Positions 37,999-46,670 of a DNA stretch of 64,000 nucleotides are shown one piece after another; position 1 is the stretch's first letter, and each line of letters starts with the position of its first letter. The translations under genes and the position numbers were made by a program. Source of the DNA: Capsulimonadaceae bacterium. GTDB taxonomy: Bacteria; Armatimonadota; Armatimonadia; Armatimonadales; Capsulimonadaceae. The notes beneath the pieces are model-generated. The model was given only the letters and a program-made list of their open reading frames with translations. It ran no database searches and was not told the origin of the DNA. Location: positions 1,664,001-1,728,000 of the forward strand of contig OZ244065.1 of assembly GCA_965215505.1 (NCBI GenBank), written 5' to 3'.

Positions 37999-38568
37999 AT
38001 GATCAAGCTCTACACATGGGGGCCGACGACGCCGGAGACGGTGATGAGCCAGACCGTCGCGCCGGATATCGGCCATTCGGCCCTCGAAGTCACGGACGGA
38101 CACGGCAGGGCGCGGGCGTATGCCAGCTTCTGGCCCGAGCGCGACTCGCTGATCGGGAAGATCACGCAGTTATGGAAGCACCGGCAGGAGCGGAACCCCA
38201 GCAGTTACTCCCAGGAGAGTGATCCGCAGGGAGGCTACATGCAGCGGGAGGCCGACCACGCCGACCAAATATTCGGGCTGGACGAGGACACGGTCGTCCG
38301 CCTCTGGGAGCATCTGCGGGAGAGTGAGTACGACTTCCTCAAGTGGAATTGCGCCAGCCTGTGCAAGCTGCTGATCTTGGCGTCCGCGCCCGCCCAGAAT
38401 GATGCCGCCAGGGAGTTCGTCCTCAGTGCGTCAGCACTCGCGAACCTCAGCGACCCCGACGAGCTGCTGGCGGCCCTGCGCGCGCTCACCACATCGCCGT
38501 TCATCATCAGCCACCCCGAAGAACTGCGCCACCTGGCTGAAGCCTACGCCATCGCGGACGGTTCTTGA
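37999..38568 (+). CDS. Hypothetical protein
   Basis: Isolated ORF with GHSAL, YASFWP and WNCA motifs. Confidence 0.65.
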   Translation: MIKLYTWGPTTPETVMSQTVAPDIGHSALEVTDGHGRARAYASFWPERDSLIGKITQLWKHRQERNPSSYSQESDPQGGYMQREADHADQIFGLDEDTVVRLWEHLRESEYDFLKWNCASLCKLLILASAPAQNDAAREFVLSASALANLSDPDELLAALRALTTSPFIISHPEELRHLAEAYAIADGS

Positions 38569-38639
38569 GCGATAGCCTCTTGCATCGCGCCGGGCCGAGT
38601 GGGGACCGGCCCTTCAAAGTGGGGACGCTATTTCGCCTG

Positions 38640-39227
38640 CTATCCACTTTTCGGGTTCTTGGGGCGCTTGATCCAGTTGCCTTCGCGCACCTCGCGCATG
38701 GTCATGATGTAAGCCAGGAGCAGGGAAGAGGCGAGGGAGGGGTAGGCCGAGGCGCGCGGGAACGGCTCCATGTAATAGACGTCCGGCGGGTCGCCGTCGC
38801 CGCGCAGGATCAGCGAGCGCTCTTTCGTCTCGCGGCGCACGGCGACGCCGCCGCGCCAGCCGTGGCCGAGGATGTCGAAACCGCCCATCCGCTCCTGTCC
38901 GTCGTTGATGCGGAAGAACTCCCCGGTCAGACCCGACCCGCCGGGGTAATAAGAAGCGGCGACGTCCGTCGTCCCCTGCGGCGTCGGGCGCAGCAGGAGC
39001 CGCGAGCGGTCGTGCCGCATGACGCGCCAGGGCTGCGTCTCCCCGGCTGGCACGACTCCCTCCCCCAGATGCAGCGAGGCGGCGAGGCTGCCGTCGGGCC
39101 AGGAGGCGACATAGTACCAGAGGTACTTGTGGGTGGGGACGACGATGCCGGGGAGTGTCGCGCCCGCCCGCCGGATCTGGCGGGCGCGAATCGTGAGCAG
39201 CCTGTCTATGGGCGTGAAGAGGTCCAT
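38640..39227 (-). CDS. Hypothetical protein
   Basis: ORF starts 3 nt after the YHS gene on the same strand. Confidence 0.65.
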   Translation of the reverse strand: MDLFTPIDRLLTIRARQIRRAGATLPGIVVPTHKYLWYYVASWPDGSLAASLHLGEGVVPAGETQPWRVMRHDRSRLLLRPTPQGTTDVAASYYPGGSGLTGEFFRINDGQERMGGFDILGHGWRGGVAVRRETKERSLILRGDGDPPDVYYMEPFPRASAYPSLASSLLLAYIMTMREVREGNWIKRPKNPKSG

Positions 39228-39230
39228 GCG

Positions 39231-39515
39231 TCAGTGGGCCGGCTTGACGAGCGAGGCGGTCTTGGCGTACTTCTGCGGGTCCTTGTCAAAGGCGGGCTTG
39301 CAGGAGGAGCAGCAGAAGTAGTAGGTCTTGCCCTTATAAACGCTGGAGCCGACGGCCTCCTTGACCGAGGCGATCTTCTCGCCGGTGACGGGGCAGACCA
39401 GGGCGGCGGGCTTGGCCGCCGGTTTGGCGGCGGGCTTCGCCTTGGTGGCGGGGGCCGCGAGCAGGGCGGCGGGCAGCAGAAGGGCGGCGGCGGCCGCGAG
39501 CAGGGTACGGGTCAT
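39231..39515 (-). CDS. Secreted YHS-domain protein
   Basis: CPVTG...YKGKTYYFCCSSCKPAFDKDPQKY. Confidence 0.88.
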   Translation of the reverse strand: MTRTLLAAAAALLLPAALLAAPATKAKPAAKPAAKPAALVCPVTGEKIASVKEAVGSSVYKGKTYYFCCSSCKPAFDKDPQKYAKTASLVKPAH

Positions 39516-39610
39516 TTCATTCTCCTTGACTTTATCAGCGACTATCTCCCATAATAAGCCCGAGCGGTGGGGGAAAAGTTCCCCGCGCGCACGGACTAAG
39601 GAGATTCAAC

Positions 39611-40009
39611 GTGGAACGAACATTTTTGATGGTTAAGCCGGACGGCGTCCAGCGCCGGCTCGTGGGCGAGATCATCCGCCGGTTTGAGAACAAAGGCTTC
39701 ACGCTGGCCGAGCTGAAGATGCTGACGCCGACCCGCGAGATGGCCGAGGCGCATTACGGCGTCCATCGCGGCAAGCCGTTCTTTGAAGGCGTAGTCGGCT
39801 TCATCAGCTCCGGCCCGGTCGTAGCCATGGTCTGGGAGGGCGAGGACGTCGTCGCCCTGGCCCGCAAGGTGATTGGGGCGACCAAGCCCGCCGACTCGAC
39901 GCCCGGAACCATCCGGGGTGACTACGCAAACACCATCGAGCAGAACCTCATCCACGGGTCGGACTCGGTGGAGAACGCCCAGACCGAGATCGGTATTTGG
40001 TTCAGCTAA
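39611..40009 (+). CDS. ndk: Nucleoside diphosphate kinase
   Basis: [29 protein letters not shown]. Confidence 0.97.
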   Translation: MERTFLMVKPDGVQRRLVGEIIRRFENKGFTLAELKMLTPTREMAEAHYGVHRGKPFFEGVVGFISSGPVVAMVWEGEDVVALARKVIGATKPADSTPGTIRGDYANTIEQNLIHGSDSVENAQTEIGIWFS

Positions 40010-40029
40010 TCTGCGCCTCGGCAAATCCT

Positions 40030-40260
40030 CTAGTCCTGGTCGGTGCCGGCGAGCAAGGCGAATAGCTGGATATTGCCACACCCATCACACAGTCGCGCCC
40101 GGATCGGCTTCTCCGTTGACCTGAATGTCAGCCAGGGGCCGTCCGGGTGAAACTTCGTCTGATACCGCCCTTGTAGCTTCCCCCAGGTGAAAGACGTTTG
40201 GCTGCACAGGAAACAGACGGCCCCTGAGTCAGCCTCCTGGTAGTCTATGACCTCAGCCAT
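40030..40260 (-). CDS. Small zinc-ribbon-like protein
   Basis: CFLC...CDGCG. Confidence 0.6.
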   Translation of the reverse strand: MAEVIDYQEADSGAVCFLCSQTSFTWGKLQGRYQTKFHPDGPWLTFRSTEKPIRARLCDGCGNIQLFALLAGTDQD

Positions 40261-40262
40261 AA

Positions 40263-40475
40263 TCAACACTTCCCTAAATAGTCCGCCAATTCCAGCCCCT
40301 GCTGATAATCCGCCATACCTGCCTCGGCCAGCGCCACATCCTCTGCCGCCAACTCTTCGTAGAGGGCAATCAGGGCCGGGTCCTGAAGCGAACGACGCAA
40401 GCCCTTCTGCCTGATCAAGACCGTTTCAAGCGCGGCATCCACATCATCTTCCAGCATCACCGGCAGCGTTTTCAT
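40263..40475 (-). CDS. Small acidic hypothetical protein (antitoxin-like)
   Basis: Directly after pheT; DVALAEAGMADY C-terminus. Confidence 0.5.
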   Translation of the reverse strand: MKTLPVMLEDDVDAALETVLIRQKGLRRSLQDPALIALYEELAAEDVALAEAGMADYQQGLELADYLGKC

Positions 40476-40484
40476 GGTGGTTTC

Positions 40485-42512
40485 TTAGCGCCGTTCCGCC
40501 CCCGCCCGCTCGGCCAGCAGGGCGGCGACGGCGGCCATCTGCGCGTCCACTTCGGCGTCGGTCAGGGTGCGGTCGGCGGCGCGGAAGGTAAGGCGCAGGG
40601 CGACGCTCTTCTTGCCGGCGGGGACACGCTCGCCGGTGTAGACGCTTTGCAGGCCGATTGCCTCGGTCAAGGCCGAGTCGGCGGCTTCGCGGGCCGTCGT
40701 CTCTAGCAGGGCGTAAGGTGTGGCGGCGTCCACGAGTGCGGCGATGTCACGAGACACGGCGGGGAAGCGCGGCAGGGCCGTGTAGCGGTGCGTCCCATCC
40801 GCATAGGCCAGCAGGGCGTCGGCGTCCAACTCGAAGACGGCGACGCGGCCGACCCCAGCGGGAACGTCCAGGTGCGCCTTGACAGCGTCCGGGTCAAGTT
40901 CGGCAACGTAGCCGATGACTTGGCCGGGCAGTGACACCGAGGCACACCGGCCGGGGTGCAACAGAGGGCGTGTCTCGGCGGCGAAGGTGACGCGGGGGAG
41001 GGAAAGCGCAGCGGCTAAACTTTCTACGAGGCCCTTGGCGGTGAAGAAGTCTATGGAAGGCCCCGTCAGCACGGCGGCGACGTGGCGGGTTTCGACGTAT
41101 TTACCTTCAGCTTCGCCTCGGTCGAAGACCTTGCCGACCTCGAACACCTGCACCTCCGCCTGGCGCTGGCGCGCGTTCCGGGCAAGCACTTCCAGCAGGT
41201 TCGGGACCAGGGACTGGCGCAGGCCGGACAACTCGGCGGAAAGGGCCTGGCGGATCGTGACGCGGCGGGCTGCCTCGCGCGGGTCGTCGAAGGGCGATGG
41301 CGCGGCGAGCGAATGCGTCAAGGCTTCTGACAGGCCAAAGCCGATCAGGGCCGTCCGAAGACGGGCCGCAAGCCTCCCCGCCGGCTCATCTCCCCCACCC
41401 GCCCCGCGCGCGGGCGGCAAGGTTTCGGGCAGGGTGTCGTAGCCGATCATGCGGCCGACCTCCTCGATCAAGTCAATCTCCTTGACCAGATCAGGCCGGA
41501 AAGTGGGAACAGTCACCGACAGCGGCTCCTGCGTGGCCCCGACAGCCAGCCCCAGGCGGCGCAGGCTGCCCGCGATGGTCGCCTCATCGAGCCGCGTCCC
41601 GAGAATGGCGTTGGTGCGCGACGGCCGCAGGGTCAAGACACGCTCGCGGGCGGGCTGCGGGTACAGGTCAATCCGGCCCAGCACGACCTCGCCGTCGGCA
41701 AGTTCGGCCAGCAGGTCGCAGGCGCGTTCCAGGGCGACGGGGGCAAGCTCCGGGTCCACGAACCGCTCGAACCGGTAAGAGGCTTCCGTCGAGAAGCCGA
41801 GCGCCTTGGCCGTCCGCCGGATGCTGCCGGGGTCGAAGTGGGCCGACTCCAGGAAGATGTGCCTGGTGGTCGTGGAGACTTCGGTGTCCGCCCCGCCCAT
41901 GATGCCCGCCAGGCCGATGGGACGGGACTGGTCGCAGATCGCCAGCATGTCCGGCGTCAGCGCCCGCTCCGTGCCGTCCAAAGTCTTCAGAGTCTCGCCC
42001 GCGCGGGCGGCCCGGACGACGATCTGCCCCTCGGGCAGCGTTGCGTAATCGTAGGCATGAAGGGGCTGGCCGAGTTCGAGCATCACATAGTTCGTGACGT
42101 CCACGACGATGTTGATGGACCGCATCCCCGCCGCTTCCAACCGCTTCCGCATCCAGTCCGGCGCGGGCCGGAAGACGATGTTGCGGATCAGCTTGCCGGT
42201 GAAGCGCGGGCAGCGCGCAGGGTCTTCGACGCGGACGCCGACCCAACGCTTGATGTCGGCGTTCTCATCCGGCAGGGGAGCGGGCTGCCACGCCAGGGGC
42301 CGGTCCAGCGCGGCGGCGGCCTCGCGGGCGGTCCCGACGACCGAGAGCCAGTCGCCCCGGTTGGGCGTGATCTTGGTGTGAAAAACCGGCCCGTCCTCGG
42401 ACGGCGTCGTCTCCTCCACCTCCAGCCCGGCCATGGTCAGTTTGTCGGCTAGGGCGTCATTGCCTAGCGGTGTGTCTACAAATTCTCGGAGCCACTCTAC
42501 GGGGAGCTTCAT
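40485..42512 (-). CDS. pheT: Phenylalanine-tRNA ligase beta subunit (short form)
   Basis: ITPNRGD, VDVTNYVMLELGQPLHAYD, EASYRFER, DLIEEVGR, RTLTD. Confidence 0.96.
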   Translation of the reverse strand: MKLPVEWLREFVDTPLGNDALADKLTMAGLEVEETTPSEDGPVFHTKITPNRGDWLSVVGTAREAAAALDRPLAWQPAPLPDENADIKRWVGVRVEDPARCPRFTGKLIRNIVFRPAPDWMRKRLEAAGMRSINIVVDVTNYVMLELGQPLHAYDYATLPEGQIVVRAARAGETLKTLDGTERALTPDMLAICDQSRPIGLAGIMGGADTEVSTTTRHIFLESAHFDPGSIRRTAKALGFSTEASYRFERFVDPELAPVALERACDLLAELADGEVVLGRIDLYPQPARERVLTLRPSRTNAILGTRLDEATIAGSLRRLGLAVGATQEPLSVTVPTFRPDLVKEIDLIEEVGRMIGYDTLPETLPPARGAGGGDEPAGRLAARLRTALIGFGLSEALTHSLAAPSPFDDPREAARRVTIRQALSAELSGLRQSLVPNLLEVLARNARQRQAEVQVFEVGKVFDRGEAEGKYVETRHVAAVLTGPSIDFFTAKGLVESLAAALSLPRVTFAAETRPLLHPGRCASVSLPGQVIGYVAELDPDAVKAHLDVPAGVGRVAVFELDADALLAYADGTHRYTALPRFPAVSRDIAALVDAATPYALLETTAREAADSALTEAIGLQSVYTGERVPAGKKSVALRLTFRAADRTLTDAEVDAQMAAVAALLAERAGAERR

Positions 42513-42766
42513 TCTGCGTCTTCATTCCTGGGTGCTGACAACCGCTTCTCCATCTTCAACAACGTGTTTTCCAGGCGCAACGCCATCTTCTCCCGTTCGT
42601 GCGTTTCGTTCTCGCGGATGTGCTGCATCTCCCGCGCCAAGAGTTATACGGCGGTCGAGAGTTGACGCACTTCACGCTGAAGTTCTTTGATGTCGGCGCG
42701 GTTCTGCTGCAACGTTTCTCCGAAGTTGAAAAGCATCTTTGCCATGTCGGAAAGTTTTTGCCACAT
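42509..42766 (-). pseudogene. Small coiled-coil gene with an internal TAA (42646-42644)
   Basis: MWQKLSDMAKMLFNFGETLQQNRADIKELQREVRQLSTAV*LLAREMQHIRENETHEREKMALRLENTLLKMEKRLSAPRNEDAE*; final TGA overlaps the pheT ATG. Confidence 0.65.
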
Positions 42767-42768
42767 GG

Positions 42769-42960
42769 TTACGCCGCCTTTAAGGTCTGCATGATGTCCA
42801 TCAGAATCGCATCCGTTTCCGCTCGGAGCGTTTCGATCTCCTGCCGGTCCTCTTTCATCCGCTCCTGAAGAAGATGCATCTCGCCCAGATAGCGGTCAAC
42901 AGCAGAGGCGTATTCCGCCTCCACATTCGACGTTACTTCAAGAGTGACTGTTTTTGCCAT
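42769..42960 (-). CDS. Small coiled-coil hypothetical protein
   Basis: GGAGA RBS and TACAAT upstream; ends 2 nt before the pseudogene start. Confidence 0.6.
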   Translation of the reverse strand: MAKTVTLEVTSNVEAEYASAVDRYLGEMHLLQERMKEDRQEIETLRAETDAILMDIMQTLKAA

Positions 42961-43071
42961 GATGGATTCTCCCTGAGCTATTGTACCATGATAGCCTAGT
43001 TCACAGTGCCCGAAGCCATTCTTCTCCACGAACAGCCTTCACGATACGGTGAAGCTCATCGCGTGGGGCCA

Positions 43072-43353
43072 CTACTCACCATCTGGTATTGACGCACGCC
43101 TATCTGATAGCGGCTTGTGACAGTAGACTGGAACCATGCACGCCAGCGTGAAATAAGCATAGCTCGAACTGGTCCAGTGGAGCAATACCAGCCAGACGAA
43201 TGTTGCGAGGCCCCAGAGTAGGACGAGGGTTTGATACGCCCAATATAATGCGGTGCGCTTTTTGCCCTGGCACCAAGCCCGCGCTATGCGCCACAACCCG
43301 ACGAAACAGAGGGCTAATAAGAACCAAGCGAAGATTTCACAGACAGTCCGCAT
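43072..43353 (-). CDS. Small membrane protein
   Basis: Three hydrophobic segments; lower GC. Confidence 0.55.
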   Translation of the reverse strand: MRTVCEIFAWFLLALCFVGLWRIARAWCQGKKRTALYWAYQTLVLLWGLATFVWLVLLHWTSSSYAYFTLACMVPVYCHKPLSDRRASIPDGE

Positions 43354-43430
43354 TGTCTCTTGGTGGCCTGCTCCACCCGTTGCTGGTCCTAGGTACAGTC
43401 TAGGACCTGATACGACTGGTAGCAGTCTTT

Positions 43431-44417
43431 TTAGAACTGCCGCAGGAAGCGGAGGTCGTTTTCGGTGAAGAGGCGGATGTCGTCAATGCCGTACTTCGCC
43501 ATCGGCATCCGGTCTATGCCCAAGCCCCAGGCGAAGCCGGTGTAGCGCTCCGAGTCAATGCCCATCTCGTCCAGGATGTTGGGGTGGACCATGCCCGCGC
43601 CGCCGAGTTCGAGCCAGCCGGAACCCCAGCGGATGGCGACTTCGACGCCCGGCTCGACGAAGGGGAAGAAGTCGGGGCGGAAGCGGATCTCGACCTCGCC
43701 GAAGAGGCGGCGGACGAGTTCGGCGAAGGTGCCTTTGAGGTCGGCCAGCGTCAGGCCCTCGTCCACGGCGAGGAGGTCTACCTGGTGGAAGGTGTGGGAG
43801 TGGGTGGCATCCACGGCCTCATAGCGATAGCACTTGCCGATGGTGGCGGCACGGATGGGCGGCTTCTGGGCCTGCATGACGTGGGCCTGGAAGGCGGTCG
43901 TCTGGGTCCGCAGCAGGTGGGTGGGGTCCACATAGAACGACATCTGCTCGTCGAAGGCGGGGTGGTCGGGCGGGTAGTTGAGGGTCTGGAAGTTGTAGTA
44001 GTAGTCTTCGATGTCCGGCCACTCGGCGAACCGATAGCCCATGCTGACCAGCGCGTCTTTGACCGCCTGCGCCTGGCGCGTAATCGGGTGCTGGGTCCCG
44101 CGCGGGTAGGTTGCACCGGGCAGGGTCACGTCCACGGCGTCGGCGGCGAGGCGGGCGGCGCGCTCATGCGCGGCGAGGCCGGAACGCTTCTCGTCGAGCA
44201 GGGCGGTCAGCTCGTCCTTGCGGGCGTTGACGGACGACCCAAAGCGCGGCTTTTCGTCGGGCGGCAGAGTGCCGACGAGGCGCAGGAGGCCAGTGAGCTG
44301 GCCTTTGCGCCCCAGATACGACACCTCGACGGCTTCTACCTCGGCGGTGGTCGCGGCCGCCTCCAGGGCGGCCTTCGCTTCCGACGTGACCTGCTCTAGC
44401 TGCTCCGTTGCAGTCAT
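43431..44417 (-). CDS. pheS: Phenylalanine-tRNA ligase alpha subunit
   Basis: LLRTQT, DATHSHTFHQ, FPFVEPG, ELGGAGMVHP, NDLRFLRQF. Confidence 0.96.
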   Translation of the reverse strand: MTATEQLEQVTSEAKAALEAAATTAEVEAVEVSYLGRKGQLTGLLRLVGTLPPDEKPRFGSSVNARKDELTALLDEKRSGLAAHERAARLAADAVDVTLPGATYPRGTQHPITRQAQAVKDALVSMGYRFAEWPDIEDYYYNFQTLNYPPDHPAFDEQMSFYVDPTHLLRTQTTAFQAHVMQAQKPPIRAATIGKCYRYEAVDATHSHTFHQVDLLAVDEGLTLADLKGTFAELVRRLFGEVEIRFRPDFFPFVEPGVEVAIRWGSGWLELGGAGMVHPNILDEMGIDSERYTGFAWGLGIDRMPMAKYGIDDIRLFTENDLRFLRQF

Positions 44418-44421
44418 GGCG

Positions 44422-44808
44422 CTAGGAGGCCGTGACCAGCGTGTGGGTCGGCGCGGGGGTGGTGATGTTGAGCGACGCGACCAGAGCATTGAAAGCCGTG
44501 TTATCGCTGATTGCCATCTCGGACAGCACCTTGCGGTCAAGCTCGACTCCGCTCGCGCCGAGGGCGGCGATGAAGCGGCTGTACTGGACTCCCTGCGCGC
44601 GGCAGGCGGCGTTGATCCGCGCGATCCAAAGCTGGCGGAACTCACGCTTTTTGTTGCGGCGGTCCCGGTAGGCGTACTGTCCGGACTTCATCACCTGCTC
44701 GTTGGCGCTCTTGAAGAGGCGCGACTTGCCGCCGAAGTAGCCCGAGGCTTCCTTCAAAATCTTGTGGTGGCGCTTGTGCTTCATCACGCCGCGCTTGACT
44801 CGTGCCAT
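44422..44808 (-). CDS. rplT: 50S ribosomal protein L20
   Basis: [31 protein letters not shown]. Confidence 0.98.
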   Translation of the reverse strand: MARVKRGVMKHKRHHKILKEASGYFGGKSRLFKSANEQVMKSGQYAYRDRRNKKREFRQLWIARINAACRAQGVQYSRFIAALGASGVELDRKVLSEMAISDNTAFNALVASLNITTPAPTHTLVTAS

Positions 44809-44855
44809 GGTTCCCTAGTTCCTTTTCCTGAATAGTGTCGTCCCGAGCGTCCGCC

Positions 44856-45062
44856 CTACTTGGGCAGCCCGTTCGGGAGCATCCGCTTGATGGACTTCCG
44901 CTTGCCCTTGTACAGTTCCGTATCCGAGGTCAGCGTCCGCAGGTTGGAGCCACTCTTGTGGATATTCAAATGGTTGTGGTGCGCGTGGCTGTGCATCAGC
45001 TTCCCGGTTCCGGTCTCCTTGAAGCGCTTGGCCGCCGTCTTGCGGGTCTTGATCTTCGGCAT
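44856..45062 (-). CDS. rpmI: 50S ribosomal protein L35
   Basis: MPKIKTRKTAAKRFKETGTGK. Confidence 0.96.
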   Translation of the reverse strand: MPKIKTRKTAAKRFKETGTGKLMHSHAHHNHLNIHKSGSNLRTLTSDTELYKGKRKSIKRMLPNGLPK

Positions 45063-45156
45063 TTTCTTGTTTCCTTTGATGAGGCTGTTGACACGGCAAC
45101 GAACCCGGCGCACGGTCGGTGTCCGGGTTCGCTCAGTCTTCCCGAATGGTTTCTTG

Positions 45157-45846
45157 CTAGGCTGCCGGCGGCGCGTCCGTGGCGGGCGGCGCGGGTGCGA
45201 CGACCGGAGCGGGCGCGGCTTCCGGTGCGGCACTGGCGGCGGGCTTCGGCGCGACCGCCGGTTTGGGCACGGCTGGCTTCGGCGCGGGCGACCCGCCCGC
45301 CTTGTTCGGCGTCAGGACGGCGTACATGGTACGGCCTTCCATGGCGGGCGGCTTCTCGATCTGCGCCACGTCGGCGACGCGCTGGAGGAAGGTGTCGAGC
45401 TGTCCGCGCCCGACCTCCGGGTGCCGGATCTGGCCGCCGATGAAGCGGAAGGTCACTTTGACCTTGTCGCCGTCTTCCAGGAACTTGCGCGCGTGGTTGA
45501 CCTTGGTTTGCAGGTCATGTTCCGACAGCATCCCGTAGCGCGGGTCCAGCCGGATGTCCTTGAGTTCGCTCTGCTTGTGCTTCTTGGCGGACTCTTTCTC
45601 TTTTTTGGCCTGCTCGTACTTGTACTTGCCGTAGTCCATAATCTTACAGACCGGCGGCTGGGCCTGCGGGGCCACTTCGATCAGGTCAATCCCGCGCTCG
45701 CGGGCGATGAGAAGCGCCTCGCGCGGCGTCATGATGCCGAGCTGGCCTCCGTCGTCGTCAATGACGCGGATCTCGCGGGCGCGTATCCGCTCGTTCATGT
45801 TGACCCGTGGCTCGCGCGGGTCCCTGCGAAAGTCTCTGCTGTTGAT
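45157..45846 (-). CDS. infC: Translation initiation factor IF-3, probable ATC start
   Basis: NERIRAREIRVID, PPVCKIMDYGKYKYE; in-frame ATC at 45846 after a GAGGA RBS. Confidence 0.93.
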   Translation of the reverse strand: MNSRDFRRDPREPRVNMNERIRAREIRVIDDDGGQLGIMTPREALLIARERGIDLIEVAPQAQPPVCKIMDYGKYKYEQAKKEKESAKKHKQSELKDIRLDPRYGMLSEHDLQTKVNHARKFLEDGDKVKVTFRFIGGQIRHPEVGRGQLDTFLQRVADVAQIEKPPAMEGRTMYAVLTPNKAGGSPAPKPAVPKPAVAPKPAASAAPEAAPAPVVAPAPPATDAPPAA

Positions 45847-45854
45847 GTTTTAGG

Positions 45855-45937
45855 TCCTCACCCACTAGAAAAAGTCGGTGTGCGTGGGCCGACACCGAGC
45901 GAGTTTTATTGTAGCGCATTCGGCACGAAAATGTCAA
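45855..45937 (-). promoter_or_regulatory. infC promoter and putative L20-leader-type regulatory RNA
   Basis: TTGACA, 18 nt, TACAAT; leader hairpin UCGGUGU/ACACCGA followed by CUUUUU; loop CCCAC is complementary to GUGGG next to the SD. Confidence 0.6.
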
Positions 45938-45963
45938 TGCCCCGCCACGAGATGTCGCGGACA

Positions 45964-46374
45964 TTACCGGACGACCTCCAGGGCAGAACCATCAGCAAGG
46001 CGGTAGACATAGAAGTCGCTGTCCACGGTGAAGATGCGTGTCAGAGATTGGCTTTCCGCCGTGACGACCAGTGAGGCATCCGCCAGATCCATAGGCGTGT
46101 CTTTGTACTTAGTCATTAGCGTCTGCATCCGGTCAATCTCGGTAATCGTCAAGTCATGCAGCAGGAGATCGCCCGAAGAGCGCAAAGCCCAGAGACGGAC
46201 TTGGTAGCGGTATCCGCCCACCTCGCCGAGCAGATACATCGCTTCGGTGAAACAAGGCCAGGTCGTCAGCATTGGTTCCATCGGCAGGCGCTTGGCGGCT
46301 GCCACACAAGGCGCGTGAAGGTCATCATCTTCGTCCAGCAGGGCGACCAGTGGGCCTGTGTCCGTAAGCGTCAC
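45964..46374 (-). CDS. PIN-domain (VapC-like) toxin
   Basis: LTDTGPLVAL, TEAMYLL, MDLADASLV, TVDSDF. Confidence 0.88.
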   Translation of the reverse strand: MTLTDTGPLVALLDEDDDLHAPCVAAAKRLPMEPMLTTWPCFTEAMYLLGEVGGYRYQVRLWALRSSGDLLLHDLTITEIDRMQTLMTKYKDTPMDLADASLVVTAESQSLTRIFTVDSDFYVYRLADGSALEVVR

Positions 46375-46670
46375 AACTTGCCCTCGCGCCGCTTCCGGGC
46401 CATGCCTTCGGCAAACTTCCTGCCAGTATCCGTCGCCATCTGTGCCCCACCGGGGATATGTTCGCCGCTATGGATGGTGCCGATGTAGTCACTCAGCAGG
46501 TCAAACAGGGAGGTCCCAGACTTCCTCTCCGGCGGTTCAATGGCGGGCGGAAAAGTCTTGCGGAGAACATCCAGTGCGAGTAACTCCGTCGTCGTACCCT
46601 GCCGCCGAGCCTGTTGAGCCACCGTTTCTTCGATCTCAGGCGGCAACGTGATAGTCGTCATTCCGTTCAC
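46371..46670 (-). CDS. Putative antitoxin of the PIN toxin
   Basis: RHH-like N-terminus TTITLPPEIEETV; overlaps both the thrS stop and the toxin start. Confidence 0.7.
   Translation of the reverse strand: MNGMTTITLPPEIEETVAQQARRQGTTTELLALDVLRKTFPPAIEPPERKSGTSLFDLLSDYIGTIHSGEHIPGGAQMATDTGRKFAEGMARKRREGKL

Noticed and set aside
35004-39600. Integrative element at tRNA-Pro or tRNA-Ser
   Set aside because: No integrase and no duplicated tRNA 3' end found by eye
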